Origin: Caecitellus pseudoparvulus
Taxonomy: Eukaryota > Protista > Bigyra: Bicosoecida
NCBI GenBank assembly: GCA_965644315.1
Contig: CBFFRQ010000072.1
Location: forward strand, 1 to 54,175
DNA length: 54,175 nucleotides
Direction of reading: 5' to 3'
Below are positions 42,339 through 51,075 of this stretch, in pieces. Below the pieces are notes generated by a model. The model did not search any database. It worked only from the letters and a program-made list of their open reading frames with translations, and was not told where the DNA came from. Each line of letters begins with the position of its first letter. The stretch's first letter is position 1. A program made the translations under genes and the position numbers.

Positions 42339-45256
42339 TCAAATGAAGTCGCTCAGGGTCTCACACTTTGCGGCTTCCTGTCGCACGCTGTCTGGGATCC
42401 TGCGGTCGCCAGTGAGGGCCAACAGCTCACGCACGATGTCTATATGACCATTGGCGCATGCCAACCGGAAGGCAGCCTCAGGTCCTTTCCCATGCGCATC
42501 CACACCCACCTCCCGCGCACCGGTGAGAGCTAGCAGCTCTCGCACAATGTCGAGGTGGCCATTGGCACATGCCTCTCGGAAGGCGGCATCGGGTACGTCA
42601 GCCGCAGCAAAACCATTGCCCACAGAAACCATTCCTGCCGCGTGCACATCCACTGCCCGCCTTCCAGTGAGGGCCAACAACTCACGCACGACGTCTATAT
42701 GACCATTTTTGCATGCCGCTCGGAAGGCAGCCTCACGATAAGGGCTTCTGCCAAAATGCCCAGGCATGACTCCATCCTCCGCGTGCACATCCACTGCCCG
42801 CGTTCCAGTGAGGGCCAACAACTCACGCACGACGTCTATGTGGCCATTCTCGCATGCCGCTCGGAAGGCAGCCTCACGATAAGGGCTTCTGCCAAAATGC
42901 CCAAGTACAACCCTATCCCCCGCGTGCACATCCACTGCCCGCGTTCCAGTGAGGGCCAACAACTCACGCACGACGTCTATGTGGCCATTCTCGCATGCCA
43001 CTCGGAAGGCAGCCTCAGGTTTACCCCTATCTGCCGCGTGCACATCCACTGCTCGCGCCCCAGTCAGACTCAGCAGCTCACGCACAACATCTGTATGACC
43101 CATTTTGCATGCCGCTCGGAAGGCGGCTTCAGGCCCGTCATCATCCCCCACGTGCACATCCACTGCTCGCGCCCCAGTCAGACTCAGCAGCTCACGCACA
43201 ACATCTGTATGACCCATTTTGCATGCCGCTCGGAAGGCGGCCTCAGGGCAAGGTCTTGTGTCAGAAAACCCACATCTCACTTTAACTTCATCAACCGCGT
43301 GCACATCCACTTCCCGGTGCCCAGTCAGGCTCAACAGCTCACGCACGATGTCAGTGTGGCCATTGGCACATGCCCATCGGAAGGCGGCCTCAGGTCCATC
43401 CCAATCCGCCGCATGCACATTCACTTCCCGCGCCCCGGAGAGACCTAGCAGGTCACGCACGATGTCAGTGTGGCCATTGGCACATGCCCATCGGAAGGCG
43501 GCCTCAGGCCCATCCTCATCCGCCGCGTGCACATCCACTTCCCGGTGCCCAGTCAGGCTCAACAGCTCACGCACGATGTCTGTTTGGCCATTGGCACATG
43601 CCCATCGGAAGGCGGCCTCAGGCCCATCCCCATCCGCTGCATGCACATCCACCTCCCGCGCCCCAGTCAGGCCCAGCAGCTCATGCACGATGTCTGTGTG
43701 GCCATTCTCGCATGCCGCTCCGAAGGCGGCCTCAGGCCCATCCTCATCCGCTGTGTGCACATCCACCGCCTCATCCCCCGTCAATGCAAGCAGCTCACGC
43801 ACCCTCGCAAGATTACCATCCTTGCACGCATTCACGAATGCAGCAGAGTTCGCCTCATTGAATGTCTCCAGCTCAGGGGTTGGCTCCGACTGTGCAGCCG
43901 GTGCTGCCGCAGCTTCGGCCTCCTGCGCCTCACCTGCCGCAGCAGCTGCCTGCTCTCCATCAAGCAAGCTCCGCACAGCACTCTCCACACCTGACAGACG
44001 CTCCGATCCCCCCCCCCTTCCTTCACACGCCATCGCATACGCACCCATGCAGCAACCACTCCCTCCCCTCCCCAACACCTCCAACACGCTCGTCAGAGCA
44101 TGCTCACCACCTTCACCACTGCTCACGAAAAGTGACCCAACGCCCGATCCGCCACCCAACACATCACCTGCCACACCAAGCACCTCGTGCAGCACACCCA
44201 ACACACCCTCACCACCACGGCAGCCGCCATCAGAGCGACTTGTGCCCCACACACCGCCACACGCACTCAACACAACCTCACACCCACCCCCATCCAGTGC
44301 GCCCACCAGATCCCCCACACTGCCACTCCCCACGCCAACCACCACAAAGCTCCCCACACCCACACCATCCAGACTCATCCCACACGCCTCCGCCACAGCA
44401 CACGCCCCCAATACACTCACAGCCACGCGCTGCTTCACATCCAGACCAACATCGCCCCACGCTTCATCCTCCAGGAACACCCTCAGCGGCGATCCCACCT
44501 CACACTGCACCTGCACTGTCACACTGCTCCTCTCACCAATCGGCTCTTCACCGCGACCACCGCCACACAGATGAAGCAATGCTGCTCTGCGTGGAGTCTG
44601 TGCCAACCGCGGCAGGCCATGCGCGATGCGGGTCGCTTCAACACGCTTCACCGCGCCAACACTCGTGGCAAGGGCCGTTGCACCCGCATCCACACTCCCT
44701 GCCCACTGTTCCACATCCCCAGCTCCACCCACATCCTCATCCACGATCTCACTCCGTCCACTGTACACACTCACGTCCTTGCCGTTCAGGCACTCCAAGC
44801 CGCCCGACAAGTCCAACCCTTGCACAGCCCTCACCTTCCGACCACTCATGACCGGCCCACACCCCAACAGCCCACGCAGCTCCTCCACCGCACTCGCAGC
44901 ACTCTCCAAGTGCTTCGCAGCACTCTCACTCCTCAGATCACCTGCCGCCTCGCCTCGCAGCCAACCAGCCTGCTGCCGCATGCCAGCCAGAGCCGCATCC
45001 ATCGCTGCCTCACCACCAGCATCATGCGTGATGGAGCCACCCTCACCAGCCACATCCACATCCGCCCCCGTGAAGCCTTGCCACCATCGCGTCAGATCAG
45101 CCAGCGCACCCTCCACGTTCACGCCGCTCCGCACACTGCCCCAAGCACCCACAATGGCGCCCCACAGTGCGTCACCCTCCGGCACTGCATCGGCACTCAC
45201 GCCAGACGCCGCCTGATGCAGCACATCCACCGCGGCGAAGCACCGGAACGACAGGT
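42339..45256 (-). pseudogene. paralogue C, 3' part (pseudokinase-like region + 12 ankyrin repeats), cut off from its 5' end by the retrotransposon
   Basis: Homology to paralogue B stops exactly at the GGT at 45254-45256. The reading frame stays open into the element's B2/A2 repeats (ORF 42339-45467). Confidence 0.8.
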
Positions 45257-45405
45257 TCCCTCGTGTTGGTGCGTTGTGCGTGGCAATCGAAATGCATTGA
45301 ACTGGGCCCGCCTCGAGGCCGTCCCCTCCCCCCTCTATGCCAGCGGCCACCAGGGCTCGCTGCATCTCTTGGGGGAGGGGACGCCTCCTTGCGGCACCCG
45401 CCAAT
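45254..45405 (-). repeat. split direct repeat B2 (152 bp)
   Basis: Identical to 45592-45743. Confidence 0.95.
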
Positions 45406-45417
45406 CGAGAAAAAGAA

Positions 45418-45594
45418 AAAAAAAAGGAAAGAGAGTGACGAGGCCGGCTAATGACTGGTTTTGTCATGCCCGGTCCTGCCGTCGTCTACTCTGCGTTGGG
45501 GCGGCGGGGGACAATTGTGCCACTAGCGTGGGACTGCCCGCCGCCCCTCCTGCCGGGAAACATGGTTGCCGGCTGGGGTGCCGGCAACCTCGGT
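45418..45594 (-). repeat. split direct repeat A2 (about 177 bp)
   Basis: Identical to 50899-51075. The adjoining A-tract is longer here than in A1. Confidence 0.95.
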
Positions 45595-45743
45595 TCCCTC
45601 GTGTTGGTGCGTTGTGCGTGGCAATCGAAATGCATTGAACTGGGCCCGCCTCGAGGCCGTCCCCTCCCCCCTCTATGCCAGCGGCCACCAGGGCTCGCTG
45701 CATCTCTTGGGGGAGGGGACGCCTCCTTGCGGCACCCGCCAAT
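45592..45743 (-). repeat. split direct repeat B1 (152 bp)
   Basis: Identical to 45254-45405 and lies about 30 bp after the YR stop codon. Confidence 0.95.
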
Positions 45744-45774
45744 ACTTTTCAATGCTTGCTTCCTCCCCTGGGTG

Positions 45775-46644
45775 TCATGGCCTCGTGCCACAGCCTCGCC
45801 CCCTCCCCCCCTGGGTGTAGTATCGTGCCCGGGTGGGGGAGCCAGCCGCCCAGCCCGCCGCGTGCTCCACCAAGACGTCGGGGGCCCGGCCTGTCCAGAA
45901 CATATTGCCCCCGGGTCTCAGGTGGGCCAAGGACACGCCCGCTACAGCCTTCAGGATGCCTTGCAGGCTGAGCCACGCCCACCTTGGGAGCAGGCTTCCC
46001 CGCTTGTCCCGGGCCTGCTCCCGGAGGCGGTCGAAGGCCCCCGCCCACTCGGCCTGGCGCACCACCTGGATGTGGCGGTTTGCACTCAGGTGCGTTTTAT
46101 CCGTGACCCTGGCCTCCACCCACTGCAGGGGGCCCGCCCGCCCGAAGTGCAACTCCTCCCATCGCAGGCCCCGGAGCTCTCCCGGCCTGCACATGCCATG
46201 AAAGCCGATGTAGATAGCTGCGGCGGCAGTTGGGGCATGCCTCCCGAGGTGTGGCCCGTCCCATGCCCGCTTCATGGCCTCCATGACTTGTTCTTTGCTG
46301 ATAGGGCGGCGGTGTTGCTCCCCTCTCCCTCGGTGGAGCCGGCGGATTGCCCGGCAGATGCTGCCGACTGTGAGCCCCAGCGGGGCTAGCGACGGGATTG
46401 GCAGGCCCAGATACCTAAAACCACCGACCCATTGCGCCAGGATCTGCTTCGCCCGATGGGGGGCCCATCTGCCTGCGGCCACGCCGCCCGTTAAGATGCC
46501 CACCATGGTCCGCGCCCTGTCCCGGGGTGCTGGAGCGGCCCTGATCAGGCCAGCAACCGCGCGAACGTACTTGACCACCGTCCCCTTTGCCAGCCTATGT
46601 TGGTGAATCCTGCTGATCGGGGACGCGGGGATGGCCCTGATCAT
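45775..46644 (-). CDS. tyrosine recombinase of the retrotransposon
   Basis: N-terminal LAKGTVVKY, GFHGMCRPGEL (catalytic R), AHLRPGG, HAAGW and RARYY (Tyr nucleophile). Overlaps the end of the RT-RNase H ORF by 50 nt. Confidence 0.88.
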   Translation of the reverse strand: MIRAIPASPISRIHQHRLAKGTVVKYVRAVAGLIRAAPAPRDRARTMVGILTGGVAAGRWAPHRAKQILAQWVGGFRYLGLPIPSLAPLGLTVGSICRAIRRLHRGRGEQHRRPISKEQVMEAMKRAWDGPHLGRHAPTAAAAIYIGFHGMCRPGELRGLRWEELHFGRAGPLQWVEARVTDKTHLSANRHIQVVRQAEWAGAFDRLREQARDKRGSLLPRWAWLSLQGILKAVAGVSLAHLRPGGNMFWTGRAPDVLVEHAAGWAAGSPTRARYYTQGGRGRGCGTRP

Positions 46645-48808
46645 CTGCCAGAAGGTCTGCTTCCTTATCCAGAGTGTGTCTGTGCAGGGCGACGGAGAGT
46701 TGAGCTGAGTGAATCCACGCGGTGCCCGCCCCGGCCTTTCCCGACGGCCCTACGTCTAGGGACACATCATGCCACCGCTCAGCGGCGCTGCTTCCCCCTG
46801 CTGATACCTCCAGCTCGGCTGGTTGCCCTGGCGGGAGGCCGAGCGCTGCCGGTGTGCTGCTATCCACCCTTTCGGGGTGGCTGAGGGCGTCCGCCCGCCA
46901 ATTCAGGCTCCTCGGGATCCACCGAGGCGCCAAGTGGACGTCCAAAACGCGGGAAACCCGCTCGAGGACCCCGCAGACGCGCGTGAGTTCACGGCTGTGC
47001 TTGCTGTACCCTCGTCGCGCCAGCGCCACCGCTGCCTGGCTGTCCGCAGCTAGGCATAGCAGCAGCGGCCCCGGCTCGGGAAAAACATGCCGCGCCATTG
47101 CCATAGCCAAGGCGATTGCGTACAGCTCCAGCATCGTGGAGGCTCCCACGAGCTCCTCGCCCGGGGCTGTGCCGGGGATGCGCATGGACGCGTACCAAGC
47201 GGAGTCTGTGCGTTCTCCTGGCCCTGCCCACCTCGACACTGTTGCCCCCAGCCCGCCTTCCCCCGACGCGTCGCACGAGCCAAAGAGGGCGGCGCGCCAC
47301 CTGCTTGACAGTGGGGAGAGCGGGCGCATCGGGCCCGTCGATAACGGCCCACCGAGGGCCTCAAGGAGGGTCCGCAGGGCCCCGTGCGACGCCGGGGGGA
47401 CAGGCACGAGAGCGCCGGGGGGGCCGACGCGGTACTTGTGTGTGCGCATGGTGTCGTACAAGAGCGACAGCGTTTGTTTTGCGTGGGGCACCACGGCCGA
47501 CAGGCCGTGCAAGCGCCCTGTGACCGCGGCGAAAACGCGCTTGGGGATGGTGGAGCAAGCGCCGAGGCGATTAAGGACCGCGGCCAGCTGCCACCGCAGC
47601 TGAGTTCGTTTGGCTTGAGGACACTCAAGGTACACCCCACACGGGGCACACCTGACCACCATCCCCAAGTACTGAACGACGCGCTGTGGCCCTTGCGTCT
47701 TCTTGCGCGACACCCGGAAGCCCACGTCCTCGAACAGTTGAGTTATCTTGGGCACGATCGATGGCCGTGGCCCCAACGTAGCTCCCCCAAGCCCGACGTC
47801 GTCTACGTACACAACCACATGCCCTGCTGGGAACGCCGCTTCGATCTTGGCGCCCAGAAGTCCAGAAAAAAAGCAGAAAATGGCCCCGGCCGGGCTGTAC
47901 CCGAAGGCCATCCGAAGCATGCGGAAGGCTGGCCTGCCCTGGGCGAGCATGGTGAACAGTCCGGCGCCCGACGGAGCGATGGGGATGGCCGTGTACCCTG
48001 CTTCCACGTCCAGGACAACACAGTCCGAGTTCGGCGGGAGGCGCAGCGCCCAGCTCTCCAGCGTGGGGTAGTGGAATGGGGGGCTCACTGAGGCCTGGTT
48101 GACGGCTGCCAGATCGTACACCACCCGCTGCTTGGCCCGGAACAGGCGGCTCGGGCGGGCGGGCGCGCGGGAAGAGCTGGCGGCCTGCACCGCCTCGCCT
48201 GGGTTCGCAGCAGCCCACTGTCGCAGAGCTTCGTCGCTGACGCCCGGCTGGGGGGCCCATGTCGTGACAACGAAGGCAGAAGCGGCTGGCCCCCCATCTT
48301 TCGGTGCTGCTGCAGCTGCTGGGGGTGACCGGCTGCAGCACGCGCGCAGCCGCGAAGGCGTCATAGGCCGCTGCCACCGCCCGCTCGTCGTGCGGCTGCA
48401 GCACGTATGCCGAGGACGGGGATGCCGCTGCCGGGGGCGGCGGAACAGCAGCCAAGCGGGGTCCCACCCGCGCAGCGTGACCACGGTGAGCAGTCGCATG
48501 GCTGCGCACCGCTCAAGCTGCCGTAATCTGGAAGTGGTCTCGCCGCATGCGGGACACACGTCAGCGTGGGCCTCCTGGCAACCCCAGTATGAGACCACGG
48601 GGTGGGGGCCCCAGTCCAAGCCCCCACGCAAGATGTCCTCGAAGAGCCCCGGTGGAGTCCAACAACGGTCCCCATGCAGCTGCTGGACCATTGATTCGAT
48701 GAGCACGGCCATGGCGCGGTGGTCTGTCGAGAGCGGGGCGGCAGCCCTCCACTCCACGGGCACGGCCCGGTACCCCGTGGTCGCTCTCACCACCGCGCTC
48801 CGGCCCAC
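46595..48808 (-). CDS. reverse transcriptase + RNase H (DIRS/Ngaro type)
   Basis: RT motifs KQRVVYDL..VN, LDVEAGY, MAFGYSPA, VYVDDV and QYLG. RNase H motifs CDASGEGG, ELYAI, ADSQAAV and WIPRSLNWRADALS. Confidence 0.92.
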   Translation of the reverse strand: MGRSAVVRATTGYRAVPVEWRAAAPLSTDHRAMAVLIESMVQQLHGDRCWTPPGLFEDILRGGLDWGPHPVVSYWGCQEAHADVCPACGETTSRLRQLERCAAMRLLTVVTLRGWDPAWLLFRRPRQRHPRPRHTCCSRTTSGRWQRPMTPSRLRACCSRSPPAAAAAPKDGGPAASAFVVTTWAPQPGVSDEALRQWAAANPGEAVQAASSSRAPARPSRLFRAKQRVVYDLAAVNQASVSPPFHYPTLESWALRLPPNSDCVVLDVEAGYTAIPIAPSGAGLFTMLAQGRPAFRMLRMAFGYSPAGAIFCFFSGLLGAKIEAAFPAGHVVVYVDDVGLGGATLGPRPSIVPKITQLFEDVGFRVSRKKTQGPQRVVQYLGMVVRCAPCGVYLECPQAKRTQLRWQLAAVLNRLGACSTIPKRVFAAVTGRLHGLSAVVPHAKQTLSLLYDTMRTHKYRVGPPGALVPVPPASHGALRTLLEALGGPLSTGPMRPLSPLSSRWRAALFGSCDASGEGGLGATVSRWAGPGERTDSAWYASMRIPGTAPGEELVGASTMLELYAIALAMAMARHVFPEPGPLLLCLAADSQAAVALARRGYSKHSRELTRVCGVLERVSRVLDVHLAPRWIPRSLNWRADALSHPERVDSSTPAALGLPPGQPAELEVSAGGSSAAERWHDVSLDVGPSGKAGAGTAWIHSAQLSVALHRHTLDKEADLLADDQGHPRVPDQQDSPT

Positions 48809-48811
48809 CTC

Positions 48812-50230
48812 CTAGAGGCTGAGAGCTGCCTCCACCATGGCCGTGGTGACAGCGCGGGGCTGCATGCGCCGCTGGAAGTCACGTCCCTTGGATGCCACCT
48901 TCCGCTCCCACTGGCGCACCAGCATGGCCACTGCCTGCGCCTGGGTAAGTTCTGCGGGCTTACCTCCGACTGTGTGGGTCCGGCGCAGGTGGGCCACATG
49001 CTGGGCCAGGCGTGGGCAGGATGCCAGCGACCGGCGCCGCCGGTCGGATCCGACGCACCCGGGGCACCACACGAATGTGCTCGGGTCGTCCTGCCGGTAC
49101 AGCCCCGCGGGAGGGCCACGAGCGGGGGTTTGCGCCGGGCCGCCCCCCGCACCTGGCATCGGTGTGGCGGCGGCCCCGGCCGCCCATGCCTCGCGCGCCA
49201 GCGAGCTGGCCACCAGTGCTTGCCCCGTCGCCGACGCCATCATGACAATGGTGGCGTTAGTGCGGAACGTGGCCACCCAGGAGGCCCACGTCAGCTGGGC
49301 CCATCGCCTGCGCTGGCCTTCGGGCAACGCAGCGGCGGTCTGCGCCACGGCCCGCACTGCGATTGTGATCAGGAGTGCGCACGCCATGGCTCGGCACAGG
49401 CCCCGCTGGTCTGCCAGGGCGGGCACCTCGGACGCCCACTTCCACCAGAACGCTCGGAGGGAGCGGTGGAGGTCGTCGGAAGGCGCCGTCAGCAAGTCCC
49501 TGGTCATCGCAGCAAGCCACCAAGCGCCCCCACGGTTGCCCAGCATGTGGCATGCCGACAGGGCACCCGCCCCAGTTACTGCCACTAGATGGGTTGGGTC
49601 AACTGTAACTTCCACCCTCCCTTGCACCAGGCGTACAGCAGTCACTACGTCCATAGCGTCGTCCATCATGACCGACGCGGACGGCGGGGCTACCTCATCG
49701 CCGGGGGCTGTGAGCCAGGACGGGTCGCCGGGAGCGGGCACGCGGGGCGAGTGGGGGGGGAGCTGGCGGGACAGGAACGTACCTGACGGCACTGGGCCCG
49801 TTGCTGCGGGCACCTCTCGTGCAGCAGCCTCAGCCATCTCGACAGCCACCGTGGTCAAGGCGTCTGTGGTCCCCGCAGCGAAAACTGCCCCCAAGGCTGA
49901 CAGGCGGTCCCGGGCCACCGCCGACGAGGGGTGTGCGGTCGGCCCAATGACCCGCAGCGCGCCTACAGTGACCAGTACCTCGTCGGCTGGCGACGACCGA
50001 CCGCTGTTCTCCCCCATGTGACCGAAAACAGCCGACCCGCCTTCGGGGTGGACTGCCGGCGAGGCTCCGCCGCCCCACGGGGGAGGGGGGCTGCGGGCTA
50101 TAGGCCGCCCTGTGCCTCTTGGAGGCCGGGGGGTGACCCGGGGCCGCCGCACGGGGCTGTAACCGGGCGGCATCCGGTGTGGTGCCCGGGAAAACGGGAA
50201 AGAACGGGGCGCCGGCATCGTCGTCGCCAA
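48812..50230 (-). CDS. gag-like ORF2 of the retrotransposon with a Cys/His cluster
   Basis: 472-codon ORF lying upstream of and in frame with pol. It carries CPGC...C...H..H near the C-terminus. The gag assignment is by position only. Confidence 0.55.
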   Translation of the reverse strand: MATTMPAPRSFPFSRAPHRMPPGYSPVRRPRVTPRPPRGTGRPIARSPPPPWGGGASPAVHPEGGSAVFGHMGENSGRSSPADEVLVTVGALRVIGPTAHPSSAVARDRLSALGAVFAAGTTDALTTVAVEMAEAAAREVPAATGPVPSGTFLSRQLPPHSPRVPAPGDPSWLTAPGDEVAPPSASVMMDDAMDVVTAVRLVQGRVEVTVDPTHLVAVTGAGALSACHMLGNRGGAWWLAAMTRDLLTAPSDDLHRSLRAFWWKWASEVPALADQRGLCRAMACALLITIAVRAVAQTAAALPEGQRRRWAQLTWASWVATFRTNATIVMMASATGQALVASSLAREAWAAGAAATPMPGAGGGPAQTPARGPPAGLYRQDDPSTFVWCPGCVGSDRRRRSLASCPRLAQHVAHLRRTHTVGGKPAELTQAQAVAMLVRQWERKVASKGRDFQRRMQPRAVTTAMVEAALSL

Positions 50231-50894
50231 AGTCGTCGTCGCCCGCCAGCGCGGCCTCCAGGACCCGCTGCAAATGCATCACGATGTCGTCGGGGGTGAG
50301 GTCGGGGGGAATACCGTTGAGTCTGCACCATGCGGCGAAGCGCCGTGGAGGCCAAGCGGAGAGGGCGTACGGCGATGTCTCCTCCGTTGCCAAGCCCACG
50401 TAGAACTGCAGCTGCACGGCGACGTCCTCGCTCGGCACCGTCGCTCCCCTCTGCAGGAACCACGTAAGCACTGTGGCGGGATCTTGCGGGAGGTCGCCTG
50501 CGACTGCGTCCGGCTGGGTCGGGCGCGGGGGTAGGTGCGGGCCGTAGGGCGTGCCACTGCTCGCACCGCGCGGACGGGTTCGCTTCGTGCCGTGCCCCCG
50601 TGGTGAGCCGCCTGCGCGATGAGGGGCACCGTCAGCGGGGAGGCGGAAAGCTCTGCCCGCAATGAGGGATCGCATGCGATCTGCCCGGAATCCCTCGGGC
50701 ACCTCCCGGAGGCGCCAAGCGGCCTCCATCTTACCAAAATCCTCAGAATCCGCCCACTTCAGCCAGTACTCGAACTCCTGCTCCGTTATGAGCGCCTTGG
50801 CTTGCTTGGCGGAGTTGACAGACATCATTTTGTCGTGGATGTCCTCCCAGCTTCCGCCCTCCGTGTCGCTGGAAGCTGGATCATCCGATGCCAT
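49830..50894 (-). CDS. ORF1 of the retrotransposon (possibly the N-terminal half of gag, joined to ORF2 by a frameshift)
   Basis: The ATG (MASDDP) comes right after the U-tract of repeat A1. The sequence reads as globular for about 220 aa, then overlaps ORF2 in another frame. Confidence 0.55.
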   Translation of the reverse strand: MASDDPASSDTEGGSWEDIHDKMMSVNSAKQAKALITEQEFEYWLKWADSEDFGKMEAAWRLREVPEGFRADRMRSLIAGRAFRLPADGAPHRAGGSPRGHGTKRTRPRGASSGTPYGPHLPPRPTQPDAVAGDLPQDPATVLTWFLQRGATVPSEDVAVQLQFYVGLATEETSPYALSAWPPRRFAAWCRLNGIPPDLTPDDIVMHLQRVLEAALAGDDDFGDDDAGAPFFPVFPGTTPDAARLQPRAAAPGHPPASKRHRAAYSPQPPSPVGRRSLAGSPPRRRVGCFRSHGGEQRSVVASRRGTGHCRRAAGHWADRTPLVGGGPGPPVSLGGSFRCGDHRRLDHGGCRDG

Positions 50895-50898
50895 CTCG

Positions 50899-51075
50899 AA
50901 AAAAAAGGAAAGAGAGTGACGAGGCCGGCTAATGACTGGTTTTGTCATGCCCGGTCCTGCCGTCGTCTACTCTGCGTTGGGGCGGCGGGGGACAATTGTG
51001 CCACTAGCGTGGGACTGCCCGCCGCCCCTCCTGCCGGGAAACATGGTTGCCGGCTGGGGTGCCGGCAACCTCGGT
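50899..51075 (-). repeat. split direct repeat A1 (5' terminus of the element)
   Basis: Identical to A2 and ends at the GGT at 51073-51075, where host sequence resumes. Confidence 0.95.

Larger units (their letters stand above)
33848..45253. repeat. near-perfect tandem duplication with a period of 5653 bp
   Basis: Identical ORFs recur at +5653 (34810/40463, 35294/40947, 36686/42339). The only differences I found are at 38638, 38639, 38644 and 39563 versus their +5653 partners. Confidence 0.95.
45254..51075 (-). mobile_element. tyrosine-recombinase (DIRS-order) retrotransposon with split direct repeats, Ngaro/PAT-like, full length
   Basis: Sense order is A1 - gag-like ORF(s) - RT/RNase H - YR - B1 - A2 - B2. 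It interrupts paralogue C at acaGGTact. GGT occurs at both ends and at the internal A/B junction (45592-45594). Confidence 0.93.

Noticed and set aside
33848-45253. Duplication as a pure assembly artefact
   Set aside because: Not favoured, because the units differ by a clustered patch and the chimeric junction is coherent. It cannot be fully excluded without spanning reads.
32595-45638. Long His/Thr/Pro-rich plus-strand ORFs (e.g. 38534-40102, 37566-38921, 44187-45638)
   Set aside because: Antisense shadows of the G/T-rich, Gly/Val-rich ankyrin genes.
36686-48808. Diversity-generating retroelement (an RT beside variable repeat genes)
   Set aside because: The RT belongs to a YR retrotransposon with RNase H and its own termini. 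I saw no template/variable repeat pair with adenine-specific differences. The variation fits recombination instead.
50923-51075. HDV-like or hammerhead ribozyme in repeat A (GGCCGGC...CCC TCCTGCC GGG...GCCGGCT GG; CTAATGA)
   Set aside because: It lies on the antisense strand, has a 10-nt gap between P3 and P1, and lacks a P2 partner and catalytic J4/2. There is no GAAA correctly placed for a hammerhead. An RNAMotif or Infernal scan would settle it.
45254-51075. GGT as a target-site duplication of an LTR/DDE element
   Set aside because: GGT is also present at the internal A/B junction and there is no integrase, so it is better explained as a recombination core.
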